In this document: positions 45,694-55,505 of the stretch, piece after piece
Layout: each line of letters starts with the position of its first letter
Position numbering within the stretch: position 1 is the stretch's first letter
Assembly: GCA_022730455.1 (NCBI GenBank)
Contig: DZDI01000002.1
Coordinates: 1-59,029 of the forward strand
Reading direction: 5' to 3'
Length of the DNA: 59,029 bases
Source: Phycisphaera mikurensis
GTDB taxonomy: Bacteria > Planctomycetota > Phycisphaerae > WQYP01
The notes under the pieces: model-generated
What the model saw: only the letters and a program-made list of their open reading frames with translations
Database searches by the model: none
What the model was told of the DNA's origin: nothing
Position numbers and translations under genes: made by a program

Positions 45694-47001
45694 TCAACGA
45701 GGGCCTTCCGTGCCGACGTTTCCACCCCGGCCGCATTGGCCGTTGGTACGATGGCCGGGCCGCAGATACATCGCCCCAAGAACACGAAAGGCGGTCACCA
45801 GCATGACCCCATTTGCCGTTAGCACGAGAATGGCAATGATCGGATGAACCGTGGCAAGGCCCGAAAGCAGCACGATAAGGAATCGGCATGCAGGCATTAC
45901 CGGCAGAAACTGCATGGCTAAAACCAGCAGTAAAAGTCCGGCGGCATTCCACTTTCGACTGAAGCGCCAGCCGATGATTGTATCCAAGTTAAGCCGTCTA
46001 CTAGGGGAAGCCAGCAGATCAGATGACAGCCAGCAATCGGCCGTCATGAATACCAATATCCACGACACGTTATGCCGCAGCATCCCGACCAATGGCCAAT
46101 GACGTGTATCCAGCCCGGCTAGAAAACTGCCAATCCATATGTACTCCATCAGCGACAGGATCGCCGGCACATCGCGTTCCATCAGCAGAAGTGATCCGAC
46201 AACGACCAGCATGGCTCCCGACAGGATGGTGACAACGGAGAGGGTAAATGGACTGTGAGTGATGAGCGGTCGCAGGTGCAGCAGCACCAGCAAAATGGCG
46301 GCCACCGATGCAACGCGCACCTGCCGCTGCATAAGCCAGAAGGGGTTCACAGATGTTCCCGGGTGCTGGCCTCCGGGCACATCATGATTAGGCTGCCCGC
46401 TGATAAGATGAAGCAATAATTGCCAAATTAACAATGCCACAACCACGCCCAGTGCCACACTGCTGACTGGCGATAATGCATCGGGAGATGTTGCTGGGAT
46501 GAAGAAAGCCGCCAGTACCGAGCCGGTCGCCAGTATAGCCGCCGGTGCTACGGGACTAAGCGAGGGTGGTAGCCACCGTCGGATTATTCCATCGCTGGAT
46601 TTGGACGTATTACCGACGGCGGTGGGCGGCAATGCGTGCAGCAACAGGGCGGGCAAATTGGCTAATAGGACCAACGAGGGCGGATGGCTCACGTTGAGAA
46701 TTAAGAGTACTACAAAGCCAAGGAGCAGAATCAGACTCGCGTGCACAAATGGCCATGCAACGGCCTGCTGCAACCAGCGATAGGCGAAGCCTGCAGAAAA
46801 CAACGCCACCAGCAGGGAGAAAAGACGCCATTGCGGCATCAGGGTTGGAGGTGCCCGGTGCAGGTATATGCCGATAGCCAGGATCACCAGCGGCACCAAT
46901 GCCCAAGCAGCTAAACGCCGAGCGGCTGCCATTGGCATGCGGCGCAGCATACCACCGATGGCGATGGGGAAAATGATGGCAATCAGCAGCAGAAGGTTCA
47001 T
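45694..47001 (-). CDS. Divergent proton-antiporter-like membrane subunit (NuoN/MrpD-like)
   Basis: ~14 predicted helices. Its start overlaps the upstream stop (ATGA at 46998-47001). It has only weak resemblance to the PF00361 core (LLMERDVPAILSLMEYIWIGSFLAG). Confidence 0.5.
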   Translation of the reverse strand: MNLLLLIAIIFPIAIGGMLRRMPMAAARRLAAWALVPLVILAIGIYLHRAPPTLMPQWRLFSLLVALFSAGFAYRWLQQAVAWPFVHASLILLLGFVVLLILNVSHPPSLVLLANLPALLLHALPPTAVGNTSKSSDGIIRRWLPPSLSPVAPAAILATGSVLAAFFIPATSPDALSPVSSVALGVVVALLIWQLLLHLISGQPNHDVPGGQHPGTSVNPFWLMQRQVRVASVAAILLVLLHLRPLITHSPFTLSVVTILSGAMLVVVGSLLLMERDVPAILSLMEYIWIGSFLAGLDTRHWPLVGMLRHNVSWILVFMTADCWLSSDLLASPSRRLNLDTIIGWRFSRKWNAAGLLLLVLAMQFLPVMPACRFLIVLLSGLATVHPIIAILVLTANGVMLVTAFRVLGAMYLRPGHRTNGQCGRGGNVGTEGPR

Positions 47002-48650
47002 CGGTAACTCCCGCGCAAGGATGTCACGCGGCGCTGCAGCATGATACGCTCAACAATCACGCTGTGCGGCAAGACAATGGGCGGTATCGAAGGGCGTGGT
47101 GGCATCACATGGGGCTCCGCCCGTGGATTAAATGACTTCAAGAGTGAGCCCATAGCCAGAGTTGGAAATATTCCCAGCGTCAGCGAAACCAACATCGCTC
47201 CGATTGCCCATCGGCGGGCCGTGCGCACGTATGCGTCAAGATTCAGCGGGGCGGTAAAGTGGGTATCTGGTCCGAGGCCTGCATTTCCTGCGTAGACGTT
47301 AATATCAGGGCGACGCACGTTCTGGGCCGGATCGCGAAAGGCCAGTAGACTGCGGGATACAACACCTAAAATCATCGGCATGAGTGCCAGGAGAAAGATG
47401 AACCCGAGAAAAAACGTTTGCCAATTGATGTCTCCCGCCTGAGTGGTGGTCAATATCATTCCGACCAGCGCCAGCCACACACCGCGAAACACCGCGGTGG
47501 CAGGCATTCCGACGCATGCGGCGGTTAGCAGAAGGAAAAGCAGATGGACGGCTCCGCGCGAGTTTGTGCGGTCATCGGGTGACACGGTTATATCTCGAGC
47601 CTGCAGAAATAACAGGTCGATGCCACGCTGAAAACCAAAAACAGTCACCGGCAAAACGCCGAGGATTAAAACGGCGCCCACCACGCCAAGTCTGTTTTGC
47701 GCAAGCCATGCCAAGTATGCAAACGCTGATATTGTACCCGCGGCGTACGCCATGGAACGGGATAGTTCGCGTTGGGCAAAGCAGGCGACGGAACAGGCGG
47801 CCATTGCGATGACCCCCAACAGCGCGAGCCAGAGCGTGGCATGATGCAGTTGTCCTGCCAGGGGAGAACGTTCCATCCACAGCATCAGGGCCAAACCCAC
47901 CCACAAATTGGAATTCAGCGGGAGAAGATTTTGTCCATCGATCGTCATACGGGCGTTCTGCACGTTGTGAAATGGAAACAGCGACAGACTCATCCAGATG
48001 GAGGCCATGATGAAGACAAACGCGGTCCGCGATGCTGCCTCATCGGCCATCGCCAGGTGCCCTGACATTGGCAATTGAAAAAAAATGACGGCGGCGAGGA
48101 TGCATGCGTTACTGACAATGCTGCTGAAAAGCATTCGGCGGGCGATACGCCGGCTATGCGCCGCCCCGGCACCCAGATTGAGAAAATACTGAGGTACCAT
48201 CAGCAGTTGGGCGCAGATAAAAATCGTCGATAAATCGGCGGCGGTGGAAAGGCCCCATATGAAGGCGAATTGCAAAACCAGCCAGAAAAGACTTTTATTC
48301 CCCGGACGGGCGGCCACCAGCCAGGATATAGAAAATAAAAATGAAAGCAATACAAAAATAAGAATCGTGACGGATGGGGCTGATAAACTCCAAGTCGCCG
48401 GAGCGCCCAGCCAGGAAGTGGGTAAATTGATCGTGGCCGGTGATCCGCCTGTAGTCAGGCGATAGCGCAGAGCATCATTGGCGCCGGTTATTTGAATGGC
48501 CGCCACCAACGCCACCACCAAGCATAGTTTTTCTGCCATGCCGACGGAACGGCGCGTGATCAATATCAGTCCCGCGACACACAGGGTGACGACGGGTGCG
48601 AGCCAGAGGCCGGACGACGAGGAGATCAACAGTAAGCCTGAAGGTGCCAT
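46998..48650 (-). CDS. Divergent proton-antiporter-like membrane subunit (NuoM/MrpD-like)
   Basis: Polytopic. The LFPFHNVQNARMTIDG...LWVGLALMLWMER segment aligns with the PFHxWLPDA...LLKxGxYGxxR core but has most signature residues replaced. Confidence 0.55.
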   Translation of the reverse strand: MAPSGLLLISSSSGLWLAPVVTLCVAGLILITRRSVGMAEKLCLVVALVAAIQITGANDALRYRLTTGGSPATINLPTSWLGAPATWSLSAPSVTILIFVLLSFLFSISWLVAARPGNKSLFWLVLQFAFIWGLSTAADLSTIFICAQLLMVPQYFLNLGAGAAHSRRIARRMLFSSIVSNACILAAVIFFQLPMSGHLAMADEAASRTAFVFIMASIWMSLSLFPFHNVQNARMTIDGQNLLPLNSNLWVGLALMLWMERSPLAGQLHHATLWLALLGVIAMAACSVACFAQRELSRSMAYAAGTISAFAYLAWLAQNRLGVVGAVLILGVLPVTVFGFQRGIDLLFLQARDITVSPDDRTNSRGAVHLLFLLLTAACVGMPATAVFRGVWLALVGMILTTTQAGDINWQTFFLGFIFLLALMPMILGVVSRSLLAFRDPAQNVRRPDINVYAGNAGLGPDTHFTAPLNLDAYVRTARRWAIGAMLVSLTLGIFPTLAMGSLLKSFNPRAEPHVMPPRPSIPPIVLPHSVIVERIMLQRRVTSLRGSYR

Positions 48651-48659
48651 AAAACCGCC

Positions 48660-50705
48660 TCACCACCCACCGGAGTGGGCAACCGCCGTTGCGATGCTGG
48701 CTGCGATGATAGTTAATGTTACCAGCATGATGACAGCCATCAGCCGCCACGCCCCTTTGATCTGTAAGCCGCGCCGCGCTGCTGTGGCAATCAGATGTGG
48801 AATCAGGCCCGATGCGCCGACGATGGACTCCAGTCCCAAGCGGTCGCAGGCCGCCACAAATTTGCCCGCCACCCACAGCAGTGCAACGACCGCGCCGGCG
48901 GTGAACTGTTCGAAATTCAGCACGATCAGCATGATTTGCCGCAACACCACCACTTTGGCCAGCTGCCCGCGCATGGCTGCCTTACCCGCTAATTGTAGAA
49001 ACACGCCCAACACCAAACCGGCCACCGTCGCCAATCCTCCCAGTGCCATGGATATAGCCGGATTCCGCAGCGAGGTTGGTCCGCCTCCGGAATAGTGGGC
49101 GAACTGAGAAGGCATGAGCCATCCAACGCTCTGGGGGGAAATTAAATTAAGCGTGCACGAAAATAAGGCGATGGCGCCCATGATCAACAGTATTCCGGTG
49201 CTGATGGCGGATGGTCTGGGGGCCGGCAGGGCGGCGACGGGACGAAAATCAGAGCGGGCAGCCGGGGTCGCGCGGCCGCGCAGCGACCAGACAATTAAAC
49301 CTGTTCCCGTGATCGTATTGAGTGCAATAGTAAGCCAGAGCAGAAGTAAATCGGGCAGAATCATCGCTTGATGAGCATTGGCCACTGCGGCAAATACACC
49401 GCCCAGAGTGACCGATGCTGAAAAGCCGGGTGTCAGGCAGAGATTGATGCAGCCGGCGACGATAAGAATGGAAGCCAGGGTGGACTTGTAACCCGGACGG
49501 CGCGACGGATAAAACGGGCGACGATTCAGCGGTGCTGCCAGCATGAGGCCAAAGAGCAGCACAAATATGGATGGGAATAAGATCATCATTCCTGCTTCTG
49601 CCGTTCCCTTTTCACCTCCGCCGATCAGCACCAGTAGCAGAGATATGTTACTGACGGCCATATAAAAGGCAGCCTTAAACCGATCCGTCTGCCAAGTGCC
49701 CGCAAAAGCATAGACTCCCGCGGATAGAGCTGCCCAGTCGATCATCAGTGACAGGCTGTGTACCGCGATACCGGGGCTTACCCATAATGGCAAGAGTCGC
49801 AGCAGCATCAGCACCGCCACCAGCGGTGTACCGCAACTGAGTTGCAGATTCAGCCACGATGTGTTGTCGCGCCGGCTTGGTATCAGCCAGTAAGAAAATG
49901 GAAACTGAGCGCATTTGATAAATATCACGGCAATCAGCAGTGGTTCGATAAAAGATCGCAAATGCTGCGGGATAGACGTGTGTGGCAAGAACGCTATTTT
50001 GTAGTAGATGGTCTGTAGATCGGTCGTGTGGTAGACGGCCGCAAGCAGGGCGATAACCAGTAAAAAACCGCAGTCGCCAATGATGGAAATCAGCCAGCGG
50101 CGCCAGGCGACGAGAGGCGCCAGCACTTGGCCGTCGGGGTAAGACGTCTGCAGATGATGGGCGGCGGTAATAAATATCCAGGCCGACGCGATGACCAGCA
50201 GGTTGCCGGAGAGGATGGCGATGCAGCATGCCAGCAGATGCAGTCCCATGACCGGGGCGGCATTGGCGGTATTTTGCAGGTGAAAAACGCGTTGGGACTG
50301 CAGATTAAAAATCAGGGCAGCGCCCGTGGACACAAATAATACAACTGCCGCCGAGAGCCGGGTGATGGCCAGCAAATGGTCGGGAAGAATCGCCAGATGA
50401 GGCACATACGCGGCGCCCGTGAATAAATATACGGCGGCCCCCGTCATCAGCAGTGCACAGGCCACCATCCAACCACGCAGATGGGATGGGGAGGTTGCCG
50501 CTCGTGCCTGATGCGACAGTCCAACCGCGGCCACGCCGACCGAAGTGATCACCAGCAGGGCCAGATCAAGTAAACCGGCGATGATGAAGATTCTGGCAGT
50601 TAAAAGAATCGCTTTTTCCAGTATGTGACCACCCCGTATAACTTCCCCTGTCCGGTGCATTATCGAATGCGCAACGCTGCGGTCAAATGAGTTGCAACTT
50701 TGCAT
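48660..50705 (-). CDS. Divergent NuoL/MrpA-like proton-antiporter-like membrane subunit
   Basis: IGDCGFLLVIALL ... KCAQFPFSYWLIPSRRDNTSWLNLQLSCGTPLVAVLMLLRL ... QTDRFKAAFYMAVSNISLLL parallels the NuoL core ([32 protein letters not shown] ... DIKRVLAYSTVSQLG). The start is uncertain (50705, 50660 or 50783). Confidence 0.65.
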   Translation of the reverse strand: MQSCNSFDRSVAHSIMHRTGEVIRGGHILEKAILLTARIFIIAGLLDLALLVITSVGVAAVGLSHQARAATSPSHLRGWMVACALLMTGAAVYLFTGAAYVPHLAILPDHLLAITRLSAAVVLFVSTGAALIFNLQSQRVFHLQNTANAAPVMGLHLLACCIAILSGNLLVIASAWIFITAAHHLQTSYPDGQVLAPLVAWRRWLISIIGDCGFLLVIALLAAVYHTTDLQTIYYKIAFLPHTSIPQHLRSFIEPLLIAVIFIKCAQFPFSYWLIPSRRDNTSWLNLQLSCGTPLVAVLMLLRLLPLWVSPGIAVHSLSLMIDWAALSAGVYAFAGTWQTDRFKAAFYMAVSNISLLLVLIGGGEKGTAEAGMMILFPSIFVLLFGLMLAAPLNRRPFYPSRRPGYKSTLASILIVAGCINLCLTPGFSASVTLGGVFAAVANAHQAMILPDLLLLWLTIALNTITGTGLIVWSLRGRATPAARSDFRPVAALPAPRPSAISTGILLIMGAIALFSCTLNLISPQSVGWLMPSQFAHYSGGGPTSLRNPAISMALGGLATVAGLVLGVFLQLAGKAAMRGQLAKVVVLRQIMLIVLNFEQFTAGAVVALLWVAGKFVAACDRLGLESIVGASGLIPHLIATAARRGLQIKGAWRLMAVIMLVTLTIIAASIATAVAHSGGW

Positions 50706-50727
50706 CCGGGGAGGCAAACTATCGGCC

Positions 50728-51954
50728 ATGCCGAATGAATGGGATGTTTTGGTGGTCGGTGGTGGTGTGGCGGGCAGCGCCATTGGTACATTTCTGACCC
50801 GGGCGGGCCTGCGGGTGCTTATTCTTGAAAAGGGCAGACATCCGCGGCATCACATTGGCGAATCTTTGCTGCCTGCCAGCATGCCCATTCTTACATCGCT
50901 CGGCTTAAGCATGCAAGAAATGGCGACGCAGTATCAGCCCAAGCACGGTGCCAGATTTTGCGATTCCGCCTTGGATCGATGTGAAACCTTCCGATTTGCC
51001 GCCTCGGGTGATGCTCCGCCAGCATTTCAGGTGTTGCGGGCCGAATTTGATGCAGAGCTAAAATCGCGGTGCATTGCCAGTGGTTGCCGATACCGGGAAA
51101 ATTGTCAGGTTACCACTTGGCGTCCATTGCCGGATGGAGTCGAGGTCCTCACATCCGACCAGCAGATACACCGAGCTAGGTTTCTCGTCATCGCCGCCGG
51201 CCGGTCGCGATTGAATTGTTCCACCGCCGATGGCATCAGTGATGCGCGCGACATTTCCAATCGGTTCGGCCATTTGGCCATTTACAATTACTTCCCCAAT
51301 CTGCCATCTGCGATGGAAGATGAACGGGATTACATAACGGTGCACCTGATTGCCAATGGATGGATATGGTGTATTCCACTTCGCGCGGGGGAAACCAGCG
51401 TCGGTGTGGTATTACAAAATGATGGCGTGCGATTTGGCCTCAGCCATCGAGAACAATTTGAGCTGGCCCTGCAGAGTTGCCCGGCATTAAATGCCAGGCT
51501 TAAAGGTCTCACCCCGCGGGATGAATTCCGCACCGCCGCCGATTACAGCTATCGATCCGCCGCACGTTCTGGCTCGGTCTGGCTGAAAATTGGAGATGCC
51601 GGGGGATTTTTAGATCCTGTTTTTTCCAGCGGTGTGCATCTGGCGTTAAGCTCGGCACAGCTTGCCGCAGCGGCGCTTGTCCAATATTTCACCAATGGCA
51701 ACAGGGCGGTGCTTGAAGCCTATGACCGAGAGATGGATTGGGCCGAAAATGTCTTTGAAGCGTTTATCGACCGTTTCTACAACCGTGATCTGGCACGACA
51801 ACTCTTCTTTGCCGACTACCGGCCACCGTACATGAAGGTGGCGATTACAAACCTGCTTGCCGGGTATGTATGGGATCGAACCAATCCAGTCATCGCGATG
51901 TTCGTTGGTAAAAGGGACGAGTCGTCCATGTCTGAACAGGCCGACACAAAATGA
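50728..51954 (+). CDS. Flavin-dependent halogenase-like FAD oxidoreductase
   Basis: GxGxxG VVGGGVAGSA, GESLLP, and the halogenase-type WxWxIP motif (GWIWCIPL). The stop overlaps the next start (ATGA). Confidence 0.72.
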   Translation: MPNEWDVLVVGGGVAGSAIGTFLTRAGLRVLILEKGRHPRHHIGESLLPASMPILTSLGLSMQEMATQYQPKHGARFCDSALDRCETFRFAASGDAPPAFQVLRAEFDAELKSRCIASGCRYRENCQVTTWRPLPDGVEVLTSDQQIHRARFLVIAAGRSRLNCSTADGISDARDISNRFGHLAIYNYFPNLPSAMEDERDYITVHLIANGWIWCIPLRAGETSVGVVLQNDGVRFGLSHREQFELALQSCPALNARLKGLTPRDEFRTAADYSYRSAARSGSVWLKIGDAGGFLDPVFSSGVHLALSSAQLAAAALVQYFTNGNRAVLEAYDREMDWAENVFEAFIDRFYNRDLARQLFFADYRPPYMKVAITNLLAGYVWDRTNPVIAMFVGKRDESSMSEQADTK

Positions 51955-53174
51955 GCCCATCATCCAGCATGCACGACGCGGTGGCCGTTACCGGCCTTGG
52001 CATGGTGACGTGCCAGGGCATCGGATGCCAGCGGTCGTGGATGGGCATTTTCAACTCATGCGACGCGGCAACCGTCTGGAAAAATGAACTGGGGCCGAAA
52101 TTCGGTGCACTGCGGGTGGCCGCTGCACCGCCCATTCCGCGCCCGCCGGATTTACCCACCCACTTCTGGCAGGCGCTATCTCATGTGCAGCAGATGGCCT
52201 GTGTGGCCGTGGATGAGGCGCTGGACCAGGCCCAACTACCCCAACATCTGACCCATTTCAATTGCGGATGTTTTGTGGCCACCAGTGTTTGTGCCATGGA
52301 CCTCAATGAAAAATTTTATGCGGATTATCGGCGCGATCCTGCGGCGGCATCCATAAGACTGCTCAAACGCGTGCATCCCTTTGAACTTCCTCATCTGCTG
52401 CTTAGACGGCACCGGATTAATGGCCCGCATTATCTCAATTTGACCACGTGCGTGGGGTCGGCTGCGGCCATCGGTGCCGCCATCGATGCCATTCGTTGCG
52501 GACTGATATCTATGGCCATCGTCGGCGGGTTTGACAGCTTATGTCATTTGCTGGTCTCGGGATTTAACTCTCTAAGGCTGATTTCTCCAAGCACTTGCCG
52601 TCCATTTTCCCCATTGCGTGACGGCATTTTGCCCGGTGAAGGCGGGGCGGCACTTGTATTAGAATCGGTTCAGCATGCTGCGATCCGGGGTGTACGGCCG
52701 CTGGGGTACCTTCGAGGTTTCGGATCGTCGGCAGACGCCTTTCATATCACTAAACCGGAGCCCGAAGGTCGCGCGGCCCGACAGGCGATCGAATCATCGC
52801 TGGAAGATGCGGGTGTGGCGTGCCGTCACATTGATTATGTGCACAGCCACGGTACGGGCACACGCGATAACGACGCCATGGAAACCACGCTTTACAGTCG
52901 GCTTTTTGCTGACGAAAGGGTACGCATAGCGTCCACTAAGCATCTCACGGGACATACGTTTGCCGCCAGCGGTTCTATTGAAACAGCTATTTGCCTGCTG
53001 GGCATGCGAGCGGGAATTTATCCACCGGGTCCAGGTCCGCTGGGAGCATCTGCACCGACCATAGACGCTGGCCAACGTCATCGGGGTTTTAATGTGTCCC
53101 TCATCTGCAACTTTGCCTTTGGCGGAAATAATACGGCCATCGTTGCCAGCCGGGCGGCGGAGCTACCCGCATGA
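51951..53174 (+). CDS. Beta-ketoacyl synthase (FabF-like KS, Cys-His-His intact)
   Basis: Active-site Cys in LTTCVGSAAA, and His residues in HSHGTGTRDND and TKHLTGHTFAASG. Confidence 0.85.
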   Translation: MSPSSSMHDAVAVTGLGMVTCQGIGCQRSWMGIFNSCDAATVWKNELGPKFGALRVAAAPPIPRPPDLPTHFWQALSHVQQMACVAVDEALDQAQLPQHLTHFNCGCFVATSVCAMDLNEKFYADYRRDPAAASIRLLKRVHPFELPHLLLRRHRINGPHYLNLTTCVGSAAAIGAAIDAIRCGLISMAIVGGFDSLCHLLVSGFNSLRLISPSTCRPFSPLRDGILPGEGGAALVLESVQHAAIRGVRPLGYLRGFGSSADAFHITKPEPEGRAARQAIESSLEDAGVACRHIDYVHSHGTGTRDNDAMETTLYSRLFADERVRIASTKHLTGHTFAASGSIETAICLLGMRAGIYPPGPGPLGASAPTIDAGQRHRGFNVSLICNFAFGGNNTAIVASRAAELPA

Positions 53175-54028
53175 AAGGCATTTCAGACGTGACGGTGGCG
53201 TTGGTGGGATTGGGTGTCTGCGGAACCGGATTTGATTCGGCCTCGCACCTCGCCCGGCAGTTGTCAATTCCATTGGCTGATGAAACGTTGCTCCCCGGCC
53301 CGAGCGAAAATAATCTCGATGCGTGGGCGGCCGCTTCCGCACGAGCCGCACTGTCCGCTGCACAAAAGATACAGCCTGCCGACAGTGAACGAATCGGCCT
53401 GCTGTATTTAAGTTTCTGGGGTTCGGTCAATCAGACGGTGGGCTACCTTGAAAGCATGTTGGATCAGGATGGAAGGCATGCGTCGCCGCGGCTCTTTACG
53501 CGTTCTGTTTATTCGGCGGTGGCATCGCAGACGGTCATCGACCTTGCAATCCATGGCGGATGCGAAACTCTGTCTTTTGCCAACCTGCCAGTTTATCGGA
53601 CGCTGCAACGCGCATGGATGCTGCTGGAAACACGTCGGTTGGATACCGTCATAGCCATGTGGGCCGATCAGGTTGAGACGCCGGTGCTGCACCTTTGCCA
53701 ACGTGCTGCCACTGAATTGCATCGTCTTGAACTGGCTCGCTACTCGCGCCCCGGTGGTGGCAGTGTGGCGATGGCGTTTACACGCTCGGATGCGATGGCG
53801 GAGGGCATTCACCTGACCCTTGATCCCAAAATCGATCGATTCGGTAAAGAAAGGATGGCTGTATCCCAAGGTGTTCTAACGTCCATACCGGCGTATCCCA
53901 CAGACGGTGCTCTGCATCTGGCCATCGCGATATTGCTTGGCGAGGCGCACCGTGAATGCCGCACCTGGAACGAATTTGATTCACCCTACCGAGCCACCAT
54001 CCGGCTGCGCGCGGCGAAAAATGGTTAA
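53171..54028 (+). CDS. KS-like partner lacking the active-site cysteine (chain-length-factor-like)
   Basis: 285 aa with 4-nt overlaps on both sides in operon context. It is thiolase-fold-like, but where the KS has Cys it reads YLSFWGSVNQ. Confidence 0.55.
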   Translation: MKGISDVTVALVGLGVCGTGFDSASHLARQLSIPLADETLLPGPSENNLDAWAAASARAALSAAQKIQPADSERIGLLYLSFWGSVNQTVGYLESMLDQDGRHASPRLFTRSVYSAVASQTVIDLAIHGGCETLSFANLPVYRTLQRAWMLLETRRLDTVIAMWADQVETPVLHLCQRAATELHRLELARYSRPGGGSVAMAFTRSDAMAEGIHLTLDPKIDRFGKERMAVSQGVLTSIPAYPTDGALHLAIAILLGEAHRECRTWNEFDSPYRATIRLRAAKNG

Positions 54029-55283
54029 AAATGATAGAATTTCCGGCATGAGTCAAACTGCCGATACCACTGCTCCAGTAAGCGCGTCAAATGGCGCTTC
54101 CAGGCCGGACCTAATCACGCAACTGGAGGAGCTTAAAGCGCTTCTGCCCAGTATTCCGCCCGACCGATTCAAAACCATGGAAGCCGTCACTCAACGGTAT
54201 CAATTTCGCCTGCCACGATTTTATGTGGAACACATCCTTAACGACGACCCGGCTGATCCGCTATGGGACCTGGTCCTGCCCGGATCGCAAGAATTGACCG
54301 ACACCGGCGACGAACGGTGGGATGCCTTTCAATTGCAGAATAAAGCCGTTGAGCACCCGCGATGGATTCAAAAGTATCGCTATGAAGCCCTGATTCGGAC
54401 CACCGACTATTGCAGTGGTCTGTGCCGGTATTGCTATTTGAAAAATCGTGATGTAACACCGGGAACGATCACTCTCCGGGATATCGACGACATGTTTGGC
54501 CAGTTGGCCACAAGTCCACATGCCGCCGCCATGCGTGAACTGATTTTAAGCGGTGGCGATCCGCTGGCCTTGTCGGCATCGGTGTTGGAGCATTTTGCGG
54601 ATCGGCTCGCATTTTTTAATCGTACGCGTTCGCGCGCCGTTACCGTCAGCATCCACACCCGCGAGCCAGTATGGTTTCCTCAGCGGCTGATGCGGTCGAC
54701 CGCCTTGCAGACGGCTCTGACCAAACTGGGGCCCAGCTCGCACATTCTGCATCTCGTGCATCCGCGCGAAGTTACACCGGAGTTGCTCTCGTGCATTGAA
54801 TTGCTGCACGATTTAGGCCAGCAACGCGTTCCTCTTATCATGACGCAGCACCCTTTGTTTCGCGGCATCAATGACGATCCTGCCATCATCACTGAAATGT
54901 ACGGCCGGGTGGACAGTGGCCGCATACCTGTCAAACCGTATTATCTCATTCATCCCTTTCCCGACGGCACGCTGCCTCAACACCGCCTGATGCTGCCGGA
55001 GAGTCAGATCATACTTCGGGCGCTGGCGTCGGCCCCGGGCACGCGCGTACCGCTGCTGACGGTTCCCACCCCCATGGGCAAATGCGTCATTGGCCCCTAT
55101 GAGCGGCTTGAAGACCGGGGCGGTTACTATCTGCTGCACACCAAAGATGGCGTTCCGGTTGAATATTCAATAGATAAATACTATAATCCGTCCGAATCAA
55201 GACTGGCGATTCCTGCCGTCTCACTGCCCATCTGTACCGATAAATCTGAAAACCTGCAGCCTGTCCAACCTCGCGGGATATAA
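54021..55283 (+). CDS. KamA-family radical SAM protein (lysine 2,3-aminomutase / EpmB-like)
   Basis: CxxxCxxC in TDYCSGLCRYCYLKNRD, followed by LILSGGDPLAL, as in KamA/EpmB enzymes. Start at 54021 (8-nt overlap) or 54048. Confidence 0.78.
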   Translation: MVKNDRISGMSQTADTTAPVSASNGASRPDLITQLEELKALLPSIPPDRFKTMEAVTQRYQFRLPRFYVEHILNDDPADPLWDLVLPGSQELTDTGDERWDAFQLQNKAVEHPRWIQKYRYEALIRTTDYCSGLCRYCYLKNRDVTPGTITLRDIDDMFGQLATSPHAAAMRELILSGGDPLALSASVLEHFADRLAFFNRTRSRAVTVSIHTREPVWFPQRLMRSTALQTALTKLGPSSHILHLVHPREVTPELLSCIELLHDLGQQRVPLIMTQHPLFRGINDDPAIITEMYGRVDSGRIPVKPYYLIHPFPDGTLPQHRLMLPESQIILRALASAPGTRVPLLTVPTPMGKCVIGPYERLEDRGGYYLLHTKDGVPVEYSIDKYYNPSESRLAIPAVSLPICTDKSENLQPVQPRGI

Positions 55284-55323
55284 CCACCCGCCAAGTTCGG
55301 CCCGCCGTGCCTAATTGGTAGGC

Positions 55324-55338
55324 GTGACAAAGCACTAG
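55324..55338 (+). repeat. Family C motif copy 3 (GTGACAAAGCACTAG)
   Basis: 14 of 15 positions match 16931-16945 and 41436-41450. It lies ~170 nt upstream of the kinase start. Confidence 0.55.
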
Positions 55339-55505
55339 GAGCATCGCCGGGCGATGGGCGGTAAACGATCCGCATGCGGCAAAATGTGGTGCCATTTCGT
55401 CACCGTGGTGTTGACTCATCCGGAGGCTGCCGTCCATGTCATATGACGCATCGGCGCAGGCGATACTATAATTCGGCACCATTGAGCATTCTTTGCGGAG
55501 TACTT

